64,000 nt of DNA, taken from the IMG/VR virus record IMGVR_UViG_3300037423_001636, positions 13,169 to 77,168 of that record; one strand, 5' to 3'. Shown in pieces: positions 35,882-44,140 of the stretch. Both the position numbers and the translations under genes were made by a program. The stretch is from a virus. Lineage: Duplodnaviria > Heunggongvirae > Uroviricota > Caudoviricetes. The notes under the pieces are model-generated. The model saw only the letters and a program-made list of their open reading frames with translations. It was not told where the DNA came from and searched no databases. The first letter of the stretch is position 1. The number at the start of each line of letters is the position of its first letter.

Positions 35882-36625
35882 GTGAAACAAACTCTCCCAC
35901 ACATCCTGTTCAAAGCCGTGTCTGAAAACAGCAAGACCGGCCCGATACCCACAACCTATTCAGAATCAAAGACATGCCCGAAAAGCTGTCCATTTTTGAA
36001 ACAGGGTTGCTATTCCAGATACGGCCCATCATTCTGGCACTGGCGTAGGCTCGATCAGGGGACTGCAACGGGTCGAATCACGTGGGCGAAATTCCTGAAT
36101 AAGATTCGGCACTTGAACAGAGGCCAGATCTGGCGGCATAACGTCGCGGGAGACTTGCCGGGAGATCAGAGTAAGATTGACGGCAAAGCACTGGCAGACC
36201 TCACGAGTGCAAACGCGGGGAAAGCAGGGTTCACATTTACGCACCACGACGTTCTGTCCAAACAGAATGGCGCGCATAATCGGGCGGCGATTCGCAAAGC
36301 GAGTGCCGCGGGATTCACTATAAATCTGAGTGGGAATAACTTGCAGCATGCTGACAAGCTAGTCGCAACTGGCGTTGCTCCCGTCGTCACTATCGTTCCG
36401 ACCGGCTCGCCCAACACCCAATTCACTCCAAACGGGCATAAGGTCATCATTTGTCCCGCACAAACACGGGAAAACGTGACTTGTAATTCGTGCCGACTCT
36501 GCGCTAAGGCAGATCGCTCTATGAAATGCAATGGTGGGAAACAGCTGATTATCGGTTTCCTGCCTCATGGAATGGGAGCGAAGTATGCCGAACGCGTTGC
36601 GTCCCGCGGGACTGTTGCCGCATGA
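35882..36625 (+). CDS. conserved Cys-rich phage protein (possible Fe-S / radical-SAM-like)
   Basis: NSKTGPIP..TCPKSCPF..GCY, WRHNVAGDL, FTFTHH, CPAQ..TC.SC.LC. Confidence 0.7.
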   Translation: MKQTLPHILFKAVSENSKTGPIPTTYSESKTCPKSCPFLKQGCYSRYGPSFWHWRRLDQGTATGRITWAKFLNKIRHLNRGQIWRHNVAGDLPGDQSKIDGKALADLTSANAGKAGFTFTHHDVLSKQNGAHNRAAIRKASAAGFTINLSGNNLQHADKLVATGVAPVVTIVPTGSPNTQFTPNGHKVIICPAQTRENVTCNSCRLCAKADRSMKCNGGKQLIIGFLPHGMGAKYAERVASRGTVAA

Positions 36626-36627
36626 AA

Positions 36628-36673
36628 TGAGGACATTTCTCTATTCTATTTTATCACCGAAATCCTCTAGACT
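36628..36673 (+). promoter_or_regulatory. palindrome + promoter element 26
   Basis: TGAGG-N6-CTCTA ... TAGACT. Confidence 0.65.
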
Positions 36674-36681
36674 TTACACCT

Positions 36682-36753
36682 ATGGAAATCCTCCTAATCA
36701 TCGCGCTCATCGTGATCGGCTGCATTGCTGACGCGATTGCTAAGCGTGATTGA
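36682..36753 (+). CDS. 23-aa single-helix membrane peptide
   Basis: MEILLIIALIVIGCIADAIAKRD directly after promoter. Confidence 0.5.
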   Translation: MEILLIIALIVIGCIADAIAKRD

Positions 36754-36862
36754 ACTAACTCGTCCCGCGATGCCCGCGTGCGCTATCTATTTCTGGCACT
36801 GTGGCCAGATGCATTTTACAGCTTAATCGACTAACCCTCAACCCGACTACGGTCTAAATCAA

Positions 36863-37375
36863 ATGGGCTACACCCACTACTGGCGGCAAAGCCGCTCCTT
36901 CAACACCAAAGAATGGGTGAAAATCACAGCGGAAGCGAAACGCATAGTTGCAAAGGCCATGCGGGGCTACTATGCCGGCCCGGAAACGGCAGAGTCGGCG
37001 GCCAACGCCGGACGCGATGAACAGGGTTTTCGCACTGGATTCGCCGAGAAATCAGCTTGGCGTACGTTCCCCCACGAGGAAATCGGTACGGCGGAACAGG
37101 GCAAGCCGATCGCGCTCTGCGGCTCCGACGGCACGGGCGAACCTAAATTCACCGCGGATTGCATTGCTCTAAACGGTTCGCGAGCAAAGAACGAGGATTA
37201 CGAATCATTCGTTCTGGAGCGCGCTCCAAATGAGACGTTCAATTTCACTAAAACCGAGTATCGACCTTACGATCCTGTCGTAGTGTCCATTCTCGCCGCG
37301 GCTCGCACGATTGCGCCGGACGCGATTAAAGTCAGTTCGGACGGTGGGGAAGGTGCAATCCGGCTACTGTTCTGA
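36863..37375 (+). CDS. conserved phage protein (MGYTHYW family)
   Basis: MGYTHYW..FNFTKT..RPYD..V..VSSDG. Confidence 0.8.
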   Translation: MGYTHYWRQSRSFNTKEWVKITAEAKRIVAKAMRGYYAGPETAESAANAGRDEQGFRTGFAEKSAWRTFPHEEIGTAEQGKPIALCGSDGTGEPKFTADCIALNGSRAKNEDYESFVLERAPNETFNFTKTEYRPYDPVVVSILAAARTIAPDAIKVSSDGGEGAIRLLF

Positions 37376-37396
37376 CACGAGTGGAAGGCGAAAGAT

Positions 37397-37442
37397 TGAG
37401 GTGATCTCCCTACTAGACAGATTGTGGGAAGTGTGCTAGACT
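37397..37442 (+). promoter_or_regulatory. palindrome + promoter element 27
   Basis: TGAGG-N6-CCCTA c TAGACA N17 TAGACT. Confidence 0.8.
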
Positions 37443-37501
37443 GCGTGCCGTTGATTAGGAAACACCCAAAACAACCAAACAGAGTCTAATCCATCCCCAC
37501 C

Positions 37502-37861
37502 ATGTCGAAATCTGATCGCCTCTCCCTCATTCGCCTGCGCCACGCCATTCTGTTCGGCGTCGCGCTTGGCGCAAACGGTTTCCTTCCCGTTAGCCGGGCC
37601 GAAGTGAGCAAAGAAGCTCGCGCCGTGAAAGCGAAAGTCTCCGCTCAAATGGACGATTCGCTCTCCGAGGGTGATCGCATCGAAGCGCCGGCCGGGGCAA
37701 GCTCCCTCATCAGCTCTTTCGATTCGATTGAAGAGGTGAGGGAAACTGATTCCAATTCACTCCTGTCTGCCGCTGAGCGTCGCCAGCTCGCACGCGAAGT
37801 CGGGCCGGTCAAGGCGTTCAAAGCTGCCGTTCGCTCCCTTCCGCTACGTCTGATGGCGTAG
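37502..37861 (+). CDS. hypothetical protein
   Basis: ORF after A/C-rich leader. Confidence 0.6.
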   Translation: MSKSDRLSLIRLRHAILFGVALGANGFLPVSRAEVSKEARAVKAKVSAQMDDSLSEGDRIEAPAGASSLISSFDSIEEVRETDSNSLLSAAERRQLAREVGPVKAFKAAVRSLPLRLMA

Positions 37862-37897
37862 CACGATCCACAAACAAACAAAACAGAGTCAAAACAC

Positions 37898-37936
37898 CCC
37901 GGCGGGTTCACACCCCGCCGGGAACTCTATTTCTTC
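37898..37936 (+). terminator. GC hairpin, possible terminator
   Basis: CCCGGCGGG/CCCGCCGGG followed by a pyrimidine-rich tract. Confidence 0.45.
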
Positions 37937-37940
37937 CCAG

Positions 37941-38180
37941 ATGAAAACTTTCCTCAGCGAATCCGAAATCATTCACCCAACGCCGCATCAGCTTGCCGCG
38001 GAGAAGCGCGCCGCGGCTGTAAACGCCAAAGCGTTTCGCCATCGGGTGGGGGAAGCGCGGGCGCTCGCGCACTGGCGAGTCAAATGGGAAACGGCACAAG
38101 GGTTGAAACAAGCTGAGCCATTCGTCTTTTATTACTGGTTGGCCTACGGTAGGGCGCTCGGCAAGAATCTCGCGGAGTAA
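37941..38180 (+). CDS. hypothetical protein
   Basis: ORF in gene string. Confidence 0.55.
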   Translation: MKTFLSESEIIHPTPHQLAAEKRAAAVNAKAFRHRVGEARALAHWRVKWETAQGLKQAEPFVFYYWLAYGRALGKNLAE

Positions 38181-38185
38181 AAAAT

Positions 38186-38230
38186 TGAGGTGTTTGCCCT
38201 ATGGCGCTAGCCGCGGCAATCTGCTAGAGT
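38186..38230 (+). promoter_or_regulatory. palindrome + promoter element 28
   Basis: TGAGG-N6-CCCTA TGGCGC N17 TAGAGT. Confidence 0.8.
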
Positions 38231-38237
38231 GTCCACC

Positions 38238-38624
38238 GTGAAAACTACTCGCCTCCGCTACTCCGCTTCAATCACTGTCGAGCGCAATGGTCATGAGATC
38301 ACGCTCAACGTGTCGGCTACAGTCACAGACGAACACAAACAGTTCTATCTCAGCGATTTCAAAACGTCGCCAATTCTACCGTGCGACATAACCGCACAAG
38401 AGTATGATCTCGCTGAATCTGCGGTGATCGACGTGGCGCGATGCTATCCGGAAACAGGTCAATCTGTGGATAGTGTCAATCCCATCGATCACGACGATCT
38501 GTGCGGCTGGTTTCGCGCAGGACGGGCCGCGGCAATGGCTAACCGCAAATTCGAGTTGCCGAGTGGGGAGAGTGATGCGAGGCGCAACGCGTGGAGTGAC
38601 GGATTTCGGAGCGTGCGAGGATAA
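38238..38624 (+). CDS. hypothetical protein
   Basis: GTG 7 nt after -10. Confidence 0.6.
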   Translation: MKTTRLRYSASITVERNGHEITLNVSATVTDEHKQFYLSDFKTSPILPCDITAQEYDLAESAVIDVARCYPETGQSVDSVNPIDHDDLCGWFRAGRAAAMANRKFELPSGESDARRNAWSDGFRSVRG

Positions 38625-38636
38625 AAAAGAAATAAC

Positions 38637-38915
38637 ATGGCCGCAATCTTTTCCATCCCGCTGATTACAGCTAACCGCGTTCCGATTCAAAATGCAATCG
38701 TCGGGCCGATTCAATTCCTCGGGATTCCCCGCTTTCCCACCATGGATAGACTGTGGACCGTGCTTGCCGACACGCGGCGCATTCGGCGTAGTTTGGAGAT
38801 TGAGCCGGAAAACGTGCATCTGGGAATCACGGACGTTCCGGAAATGATTCAGAAGCTACGCGATTACGAGCGCAAGGTGATGGGAATTCTCAGGACGCAG
38901 GGCGCAACTGTGTAA
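38637..38915 (+). CDS. hypothetical protein
   Basis: ORF in gene string. Confidence 0.55.
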   Translation: MAAIFSIPLITANRVPIQNAIVGPIQFLGIPRFPTMDRLWTVLADTRRIRRSLEIEPENVHLGITDVPEMIQKLRDYERKVMGILRTQGATV

Positions 38916-38917
38916 AA

Positions 38918-38962
38918 TAGGGAATCAACCCTAGAGACAAAATCAAATCAATCTGCTAGAGC
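38918..38962 (+). promoter_or_regulatory. palindrome + promoter element 29
   Basis: TAGGG-N6-CCCTA GAGACA N17 TAGAGC. Confidence 0.75.
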
Positions 38963-38970
38963 CTATCCCA

Positions 38971-39309
38971 GTGAGCGGAATTACTGTAAAAGAACTGAGA
39001 GAACGGGACGGCGGCCGATGGGGCGGCAAACCTCGTGTCAAACGTGCCGAGCTGTTCACGAAAAACGGGTTTCCCGTCCAAGGGCTGCGCAACGCGCTAG
39101 ACGTTTACGAGTGCAAAACGCTAGAAGAATTGCAGGCGAAAATCGCCAACCCAGACGAATTCATCGGGCCGAACAGTTTCATGCGTGTGCGCGGTTGCGG
39201 CCAACCGGGAAACCCGGGCAAAGTGACTCTGTTTCTATTTCCTCACTTGCTCAGCCGAGCCGAACAGATTGAGGAAAAGACCCTATTGAATTTGGGTGAC
39301 GGAATCTAG
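38971..39309 (+). CDS. hypothetical protein
   Basis: GTG after promoter; C-terminus reads through element 30. Confidence 0.6.
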   Translation: MSGITVKELRERDGGRWGGKPRVKRAELFTKNGFPVQGLRNALDVYECKTLEELQAKIANPDEFIGPNSFMRVRGCGQPGNPGKVTLFLFPHLLSRAEQIEEKTLLNLGDGI

Positions 39310-39315
39310 TAGAGT
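39270..39315 (+). promoter_or_regulatory. palindrome + promoter element 30
   Basis: TGAGG-N6-CCCTA TTGAAT N18 TAGAGT. Confidence 0.75.
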
Positions 39316-39322
39316 GTTTGCC

Positions 39323-39649
39323 GTGAAAACTATTCCCGCCCCGCTGATTCGCACTATCCTAGTCCACTATCGTGCATTCAATTCCGATAGTGTTTTCGTC
39401 TATTCTGGCCCGATTCCCATGACGGCCCCGACGCACGACAAGCAAACCCGGATCAAGGTGCTCGAAACGATTTTTCGCGAGTGCAATCACGTCGATGGAA
39501 CGGAATGGATTGAAGGGCGGGGATTGCGCTCTATGTCTGCTGAGCTGAGCGGCAAGGGTGATCAAGTTATCTTTCTATTCACGGACGGCACGATCGAACG
39601 CTGGGAGTGCAAGCCATTGGGGTGGGTTCAAATCGAGGACACTCCGTGA
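39323..39649 (+). CDS. hypothetical protein (YodL-like RSMS..GD motif)
   Basis: LE.IF..CN..LRSMS....GD.V...W.C...GW. Confidence 0.6.
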   Translation: MKTIPAPLIRTILVHYRAFNSDSVFVYSGPIPMTAPTHDKQTRIKVLETIFRECNHVDGTEWIEGRGLRSMSAELSGKGDQVIFLFTDGTIERWECKPLGWVQIEDTP

Positions 39650-39834
39650 ATCTGATTCTTTTCATCGTGTTCACGGATAAACCCGTCCATCGACGCGGCA
39701 TCTACACGGCATTCCAAACCAAACGGCACGAAATCAAAGCAACTGATTTGCAATCTGCTAGAGAGCTTGCGGTCGCGGCCCATCCCGGCTCAACTGTTTC
39801 GATGTCATGGAGTGCGTTTCCCCAGCCCAAATAA
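39646..39834 (+). CDS. hypothetical protein
   Basis: GTGA-coupled. Confidence 0.5.
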   Translation: MNLILFIVFTDKPVHRRGIYTAFQTKRHEIKATDLQSARELAVAAHPGSTVSMSWSAFPQPK

Positions 39835-39841
39835 AATCAAA

Positions 39842-40099
39842 ATGAATTTCATCAAACAGCTGCAATCTGACAATCACGCTCTAGCTGCCGCGCTCGCGCG
39901 AGTGGAGACTGAAATCAGCTCATTTCAATCTTTCCTCCAAAATTCGCCCAAATTTCAGGGATTCGAGCAAAATGGAGAGCGCAAGGATTGGATTTCCACG
40001 TCCGACGTGATCGCGCGGCTGATGGAGATACGTCGGGCCGCGGTCTGCGATACGTTCCAAGGGCACACAAACGTCACGATCAAACACGTGGACAAGTAA
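39842..40099 (+). CDS. hypothetical protein
   Basis: SPKFQG...RKDWISTSDV. Confidence 0.6.
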   Translation: MNFIKQLQSDNHALAAALARVETEISSFQSFLQNSPKFQGFEQNGERKDWISTSDVIARLMEIRRAAVCDTFQGHTNVTIKHVDK

Positions 40100-40196
40100 G
40101 ATGACGAATTTTTCGCGCGCGAGGGAAAATGAGCGCGCGAGTCAAAATAGAATCAATCCAAAATCCTCAAAATCAAAATCGTTCAAATCAATCAAA

Positions 40197-40427
40197 ATGA
40201 ATCCAATCAACTCCATCTCCGCTTCACAGTCACAGCTGCGTTCAGCGACATCCTTTAAGCGCCTTCCCATCGGCGCGAAATTCATCAGCCAAGCCAACGG
40301 CACGATCGGCCAGACATTCAGGAAATGCGGGAATAGCGCAGCGTTCAAGATCAAGGAGAATGGCATCGGCGAGACGCACGCGAAGATTGCGTTTAGTCGC
40401 TCTCATGCTGTGCTCGCGCAGCATTAG
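40197..40427 (+). CDS. hypothetical protein
   Basis: FK.LPIGAKF motif after AAATC-rich leader. Confidence 0.55.
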   Translation: MNPINSISASQSQLRSATSFKRLPIGAKFISQANGTIGQTFRKCGNSAAFKIKENGIGETHAKIAFSRSHAVLAQH

Positions 40428-40564
40428 ACATTCTACTTGCTCCGCTTCCCTCCGAATCAGCTCAAAAGAAAGCTTGATCCGTTCTGATTAGTCTGAAACG
40501 CTGCATGCAGTCCGGGGCATTCCGCCCCGGCAAAACAAAACACAGTTAATCGGAGTTAATCATC

Positions 40565-41644
40565 ATGAGTCACGAAATCACCGCGATCGACAAGCAACAA
40601 GGCATCTCGCAAGCTTGGCACGGTCTGACCGAGGTAATGACAGAGATCGTTCTGTCCGTCTGTTTCCTCAGCAAATGGAACGTGAAGAAACGTCCGTTGT
40701 ACCGCCCCGTTACGGTCAAAGACGAATCCGGCGCAACCATCAAAACGGACTACGTCGAAACCTCGGCGTGCGACGTGGTTTGCACGGATGATGAAAACAT
40801 CATCATCGGCAAACCAGTGGACCGCGAGACGTACAGTCTGTTAGACAACTCGTCTTTCCTCGCGATCGTTCAAGACGCGATGAATCGAATCAGTGGCGCA
40901 ATCGTCGCGAGCGTTGGGAGCGTGTGTGCCCGTGCGCGCATCTTTGTGACGCTGCAAATCCCGCAGTTGCCGTCATTCGTCGCCGCGGATCGGGAATTCA
41001 AACCCTACCTGAATTTCCTGTCGTCGCACGACAAGTCAGCGCCGTTCACCGTCAACCTGTCCACCGTGTGCACCGTGTGCAATAACACGTTTACCCTTAA
41101 CCTGATGGACAATAAAAACGATTCGTTTCGGGTTGAGATTCGCCACACTAAAAACATGGCTGATTCGCTTGCTGACGTGCCCGCTATGATCGAAGCGTTT
41201 TATGCGACTGCGCATCGATTCGCAACGGTCCTAAACGATTTCGCCAAGATCGAGATTTCGGCCGCGGACGCGCGCTCATTCTTCACGGGCTTTCTGACGG
41301 AGAAAGACGGAGAAGCGTCGCAAGTTGAACTGTCCGGCCGGCGAGTGAATCAGATCGATCGGCTCACTCTCCTTTTCGCCATCGGCAAAGGCAATTCCGG
41401 ACGCAATCTCTCCGACGTGTTTTCCGCTGTGACGGATTACTACTCGCACGAATCGGTCAACCAGTCCGGCGAGAACACGCAACGGCAGATCGAATCTTCG
41501 GAGTTTGGCTCAGGTGCAGCAATGAAGAGTCTTGCGTTCGTCGTGCTGCAAGACGCTGAACGGCGCGCCAAGCTGATCACCCGCGGTCAGACGGTACTCG
41601 CCGCGCACGAGACACGAGAGAAAGAAAAAGCGTTGGCGCAGTAA
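40565..41644 (+). CDS. DUF932 family (phage/plasmid-like, TIGR03299-type) protein
   Basis: MSHEI..AWHGL, SSHDKS, TVCNNT, IRHTKN, FSAVTDYYSH. Confidence 0.85.
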   Translation: MSHEITAIDKQQGISQAWHGLTEVMTEIVLSVCFLSKWNVKKRPLYRPVTVKDESGATIKTDYVETSACDVVCTDDENIIIGKPVDRETYSLLDNSSFLAIVQDAMNRISGAIVASVGSVCARARIFVTLQIPQLPSFVAADREFKPYLNFLSSHDKSAPFTVNLSTVCTVCNNTFTLNLMDNKNDSFRVEIRHTKNMADSLADVPAMIEAFYATAHRFATVLNDFAKIEISAADARSFFTGFLTEKDGEASQVELSGRRVNQIDRLTLLFAIGKGNSGRNLSDVFSAVTDYYSHESVNQSGENTQRQIESSEFGSGAAMKSLAFVVLQDAERRAKLITRGQTVLAAHETREKEKALAQ

Positions 41645-41668
41645 CCCGGCGCAACACTCGCACTCTCC

Positions 41669-41696
41669 AAGCCCATCGGAAACGATGGGCTTTTTC
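41669..41696 (+). terminator. Rho-independent terminator
   Basis: AAGCCCATCG-GAAA-CGATGGGCTT-TTT. Confidence 0.85.
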
Positions 41697-41791
41697 GTCT
41701 GAACGCGAAGCGCGAACTACGTAGTTCCCGCACCGTTAGCGCCCACTCTCCCCTTGCGCCTTAAGGCCCAAGGGCGCAACCTGTCCGCGCT

Positions 41792-42028
41792 ATGGCCAAT
41801 CCAATCCAAGTCTATTCACGCAACGTTTACGGGATTGATCGCACTTACGCGATCGATCCTCTTGTTTCCGATTCACTCCAAACCCTGACGGGACAACGGA
41901 CACTTTCCGCGGCTCAGCTAGACGCATTGCGAGAGCTAGGCCACCGGATCGAGCTAGTCCACGATCCTAGGGCAAAGTATGGCAAGACCGTGATCACTAC
42001 GAAAGACCTACCTGCAACGCTTTCGTAA
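41792..42028 (+). CDS. hypothetical protein
   Basis: RNVYG...Y...LTG.RTL...L..LG. Confidence 0.7.
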   Translation: MANPIQVYSRNVYGIDRTYAIDPLVSDSLQTLTGQRTLSAAQLDALRELGHRIELVHDPRAKYGKTVITTKDLPATLS

Positions 42029-42046
42029 ACCTCCTACCCTCCTACA

Positions 42047-42556
42047 ATGGACACTACTTCCGCTCCTACCCTGCCCGCGCTAGTCCAGCTTTACCCGCTA
42101 CTCCGCCGGATCACTGAGCGCAAAGGACAATTCGTCTCGTGCCTTTGGATTCACTCTCTCAAGTCTCGTAAAGGTGTTTCCGCCCTAGTCACAAAAGAGG
42201 TTCGCACCACCGTGCGGAGTGGCATCATTTACGACAACCGCGAATCAGTCCAATTGGCTCGCACCGTTGGCAGTCGCCAAGGCGAAAGCTTGCCACCCGT
42301 CAACGCTGGACTTCCGTGGGGCGAATGGTTGGCTTTCCCTTATGTCATCGGGCACAAGGGAGCGCACTACGTTCGCCTTTATCCCGTGCTTCGCTCTGAT
42401 GGCGCGCCGCGCAAGTGCAAGGTGATCTATCGGGAGAACGGTGCGCGCATTACTCGCGAGCGTGCGCAGTCCCTTTGCCTCGCATCTGAGTTTGGCGAGA
42501 CAACAGACGTTACATGCTACACGCTGCGCCTGTCCGCGCTGCGTCGCGTGCGATAG
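42047..42556 (+). CDS. hypothetical protein
   Basis: LPWGEW..FPYVIGHKG..YVRLYP. Confidence 0.7.
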   Translation: MDTTSAPTLPALVQLYPLLRRITERKGQFVSCLWIHSLKSRKGVSALVTKEVRTTVRSGIIYDNRESVQLARTVGSRQGESLPPVNAGLPWGEWLAFPYVIGHKGAHYVRLYPVLRSDGAPRKCKVIYRENGARITRERAQSLCLASEFGETTDVTCYTLRLSALRRVR

Positions 42557-42580
42557 GGCGCAAACAGTCTAGCACACTTC

Positions 42581-42610
42581 GCCCCACTGGCAACGGTGGG
42601 GCTTTTCTTT
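42581..42610 (+). terminator. Rho-independent terminator
   Basis: GCCCCACTG-GCAA-CGGTGGGGC-TTTTCTTT. Confidence 0.8.
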
Positions 42611-42748
42611 GCCTTTAAACGAACGATCTTTTCCCAACCCTCTAGAGGGAAGCGTGCCGATCGTGTAGGGTAGTGGCGGCCGGCGGTCAGATTGCGTCTA
42701 ACGCAGCGCAAAGCGTGTTTCCGTGGATTTGCAACTATCTAGCAGACT

Positions 42749-42992
42749 TGGGGTTAACACCCTAGACGCACTAGGATGATCACCCTAGAGAGTGCGGCCG
42801 GCGAATGGCGCAAGTCTATTGCATAACATATGGACAAGATCACCCTAGATCGCGCAAGGTAAACACCCTATCCGTTGCAAGTTGTTGCGCTTGCGCTACT
42901 TGCTTATACGTAGTGTCCGCATAGGGTGTTCACCTTCAGATCAATTTCGTTTTTGCAGTAAAACACCCTAGGAGAGTAGGGGAAAGACTCTA
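42749..42992. repeat. cluster of CACCCTA / palindrome sites in non-coding junction
   Basis: CACCCTA at 42758, 42781, 42841, 42864, 42964; inverted TAGGGTG at 42922. Confidence 0.7.
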
Positions 42993-43396
42993 GCAGAGAA
43001 GAGAATGGATTGCGCCAGAGGGTGGCATACCGGATTTCGTAAAAGCAAGAAAGTTGCGATAGGCGAGGGCGAGCCCCCGGGCATTGAATCCCACCTCTAT
43101 GCCTATCAAACTCTAAAGGTCTCTTCGTTTGGGAAAAGTGGATGGCTATTTTCCTCTGGAGGTCCGCAGATACCCCCATACACCTTTCTAAAATATGGCT
43201 GACCCTATATGGCGAAACCTGAAAGTCGATTCCAAAAATCGGGGGACTATTTGGCTCTAAACCTTTATAAATATCCCGCCAAAATAGCGGAATAAATGGC
43301 GGAATTTGAGAGAATTTAGCGGATTTAGACACAACTTTGCTAGATTTAGCGTAATTTAAGGCGAAGTCCACATTTGGTGGCTAGACAGTCTAACAC

Positions 43397-44125
43397 TTGA
43401 AAACACGTAAATGTTACAATCCCTGTAATCGTGCGCTGGCGCGACCTGAACTGACCCGAGAATTTCTTGAGAAAAAATATATACAAGAACGGGCTACGGT
43501 TATAGCGATTTCCAAAGAAACTGGGTGGAGTTCTACTTTTATCCACAAGAGAATCACTCGGCTTGGAATCAACCGGCCAGAAAAATACAAAGATCTGACT
43601 GGTCATAAATACGGGCGATTGACCGTATTAAATTTTGAGTCTCTTGGAAAATATGGCGCAGTGTGGAATTGTGTGTGTGAATGTGGCTCACAAAAGAAAG
43701 CAAGAGCGCACAACCTAAAAAACGGTAACACAAAAAGTTGTGGATGTTTGGCCAGAGCTTATGTGGGAAAAATATCGGGAAGACATTTTTCAAATATAAG
43801 ACTCGGAGCTAAGCACAGAAATATACATTTCGATATAACAATTGAAGAAATTTGGGATCTATACGTTGAGCAAAATGGTAAATGTGCCATCAGTGGAGAA
43901 GATATTGTTCTGAGTTTAGATAGGGACACCGAAGTGACCGCTTCACTAGATAGAATAGATTCCAATGCTGGATATACCATAGAAAACGTCCAATGGGTTC
44001 ATAAAGAAATCAACTGTATGAAAATGGACCACCCAGAAAAACACTTTTTAGAATGGATCGAGAAAATCTATCTGTTCCAGAAAACGAAGTCCCCAGTAGT
44101 GGGGCTAGTCATCCAACAACAATAA
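43397..44125 (+). CDS. HNH-type homing endonuclease
   Basis: DLTG.KYGRLTVL, WNCVCECG, KSCGC, CAISG, ASLDRIDSN.GY...NVQWVH..IN.MK; AT-rich. Confidence 0.85.
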   Translation: MKTRKCYNPCNRALARPELTREFLEKKYIQERATVIAISKETGWSSTFIHKRITRLGINRPEKYKDLTGHKYGRLTVLNFESLGKYGAVWNCVCECGSQKKARAHNLKNGNTKSCGCLARAYVGKISGRHFSNIRLGAKHRNIHFDITIEEIWDLYVEQNGKCAISGEDIVLSLDRDTEVTASLDRIDSNAGYTIENVQWVHKEINCMKMDHPEKHFLEWIEKIYLFQKTKSPVVGLVIQQQ

Positions 44126-44140
44126 AATAGGATTGAAAAT

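Noticed and set aside
4189-39315. Recurrent palindromic element as a CRISPR array or IS ends
   Set aside because: Copies are degenerate, separated by whole genes, and have clear -35/-10 geometry; no cas or transposase genes
39750-39765. AATCTGCTAGAG as a 31st promoter element
   Set aside because: Lies inside an ORF and lacks the upstream dyad
40140-40200. AAATC-type short repeats (also AGATTAGAAT at about 18295)
   Set aside because: Low-complexity A-rich leader or slippage; no further structure
275-43371. Minus-strand ORFs in the ORF track across the early region
   Set aside because: Mostly shadows of + strand genes that have promoters, coupling and recognisable motifs; none has supporting signals
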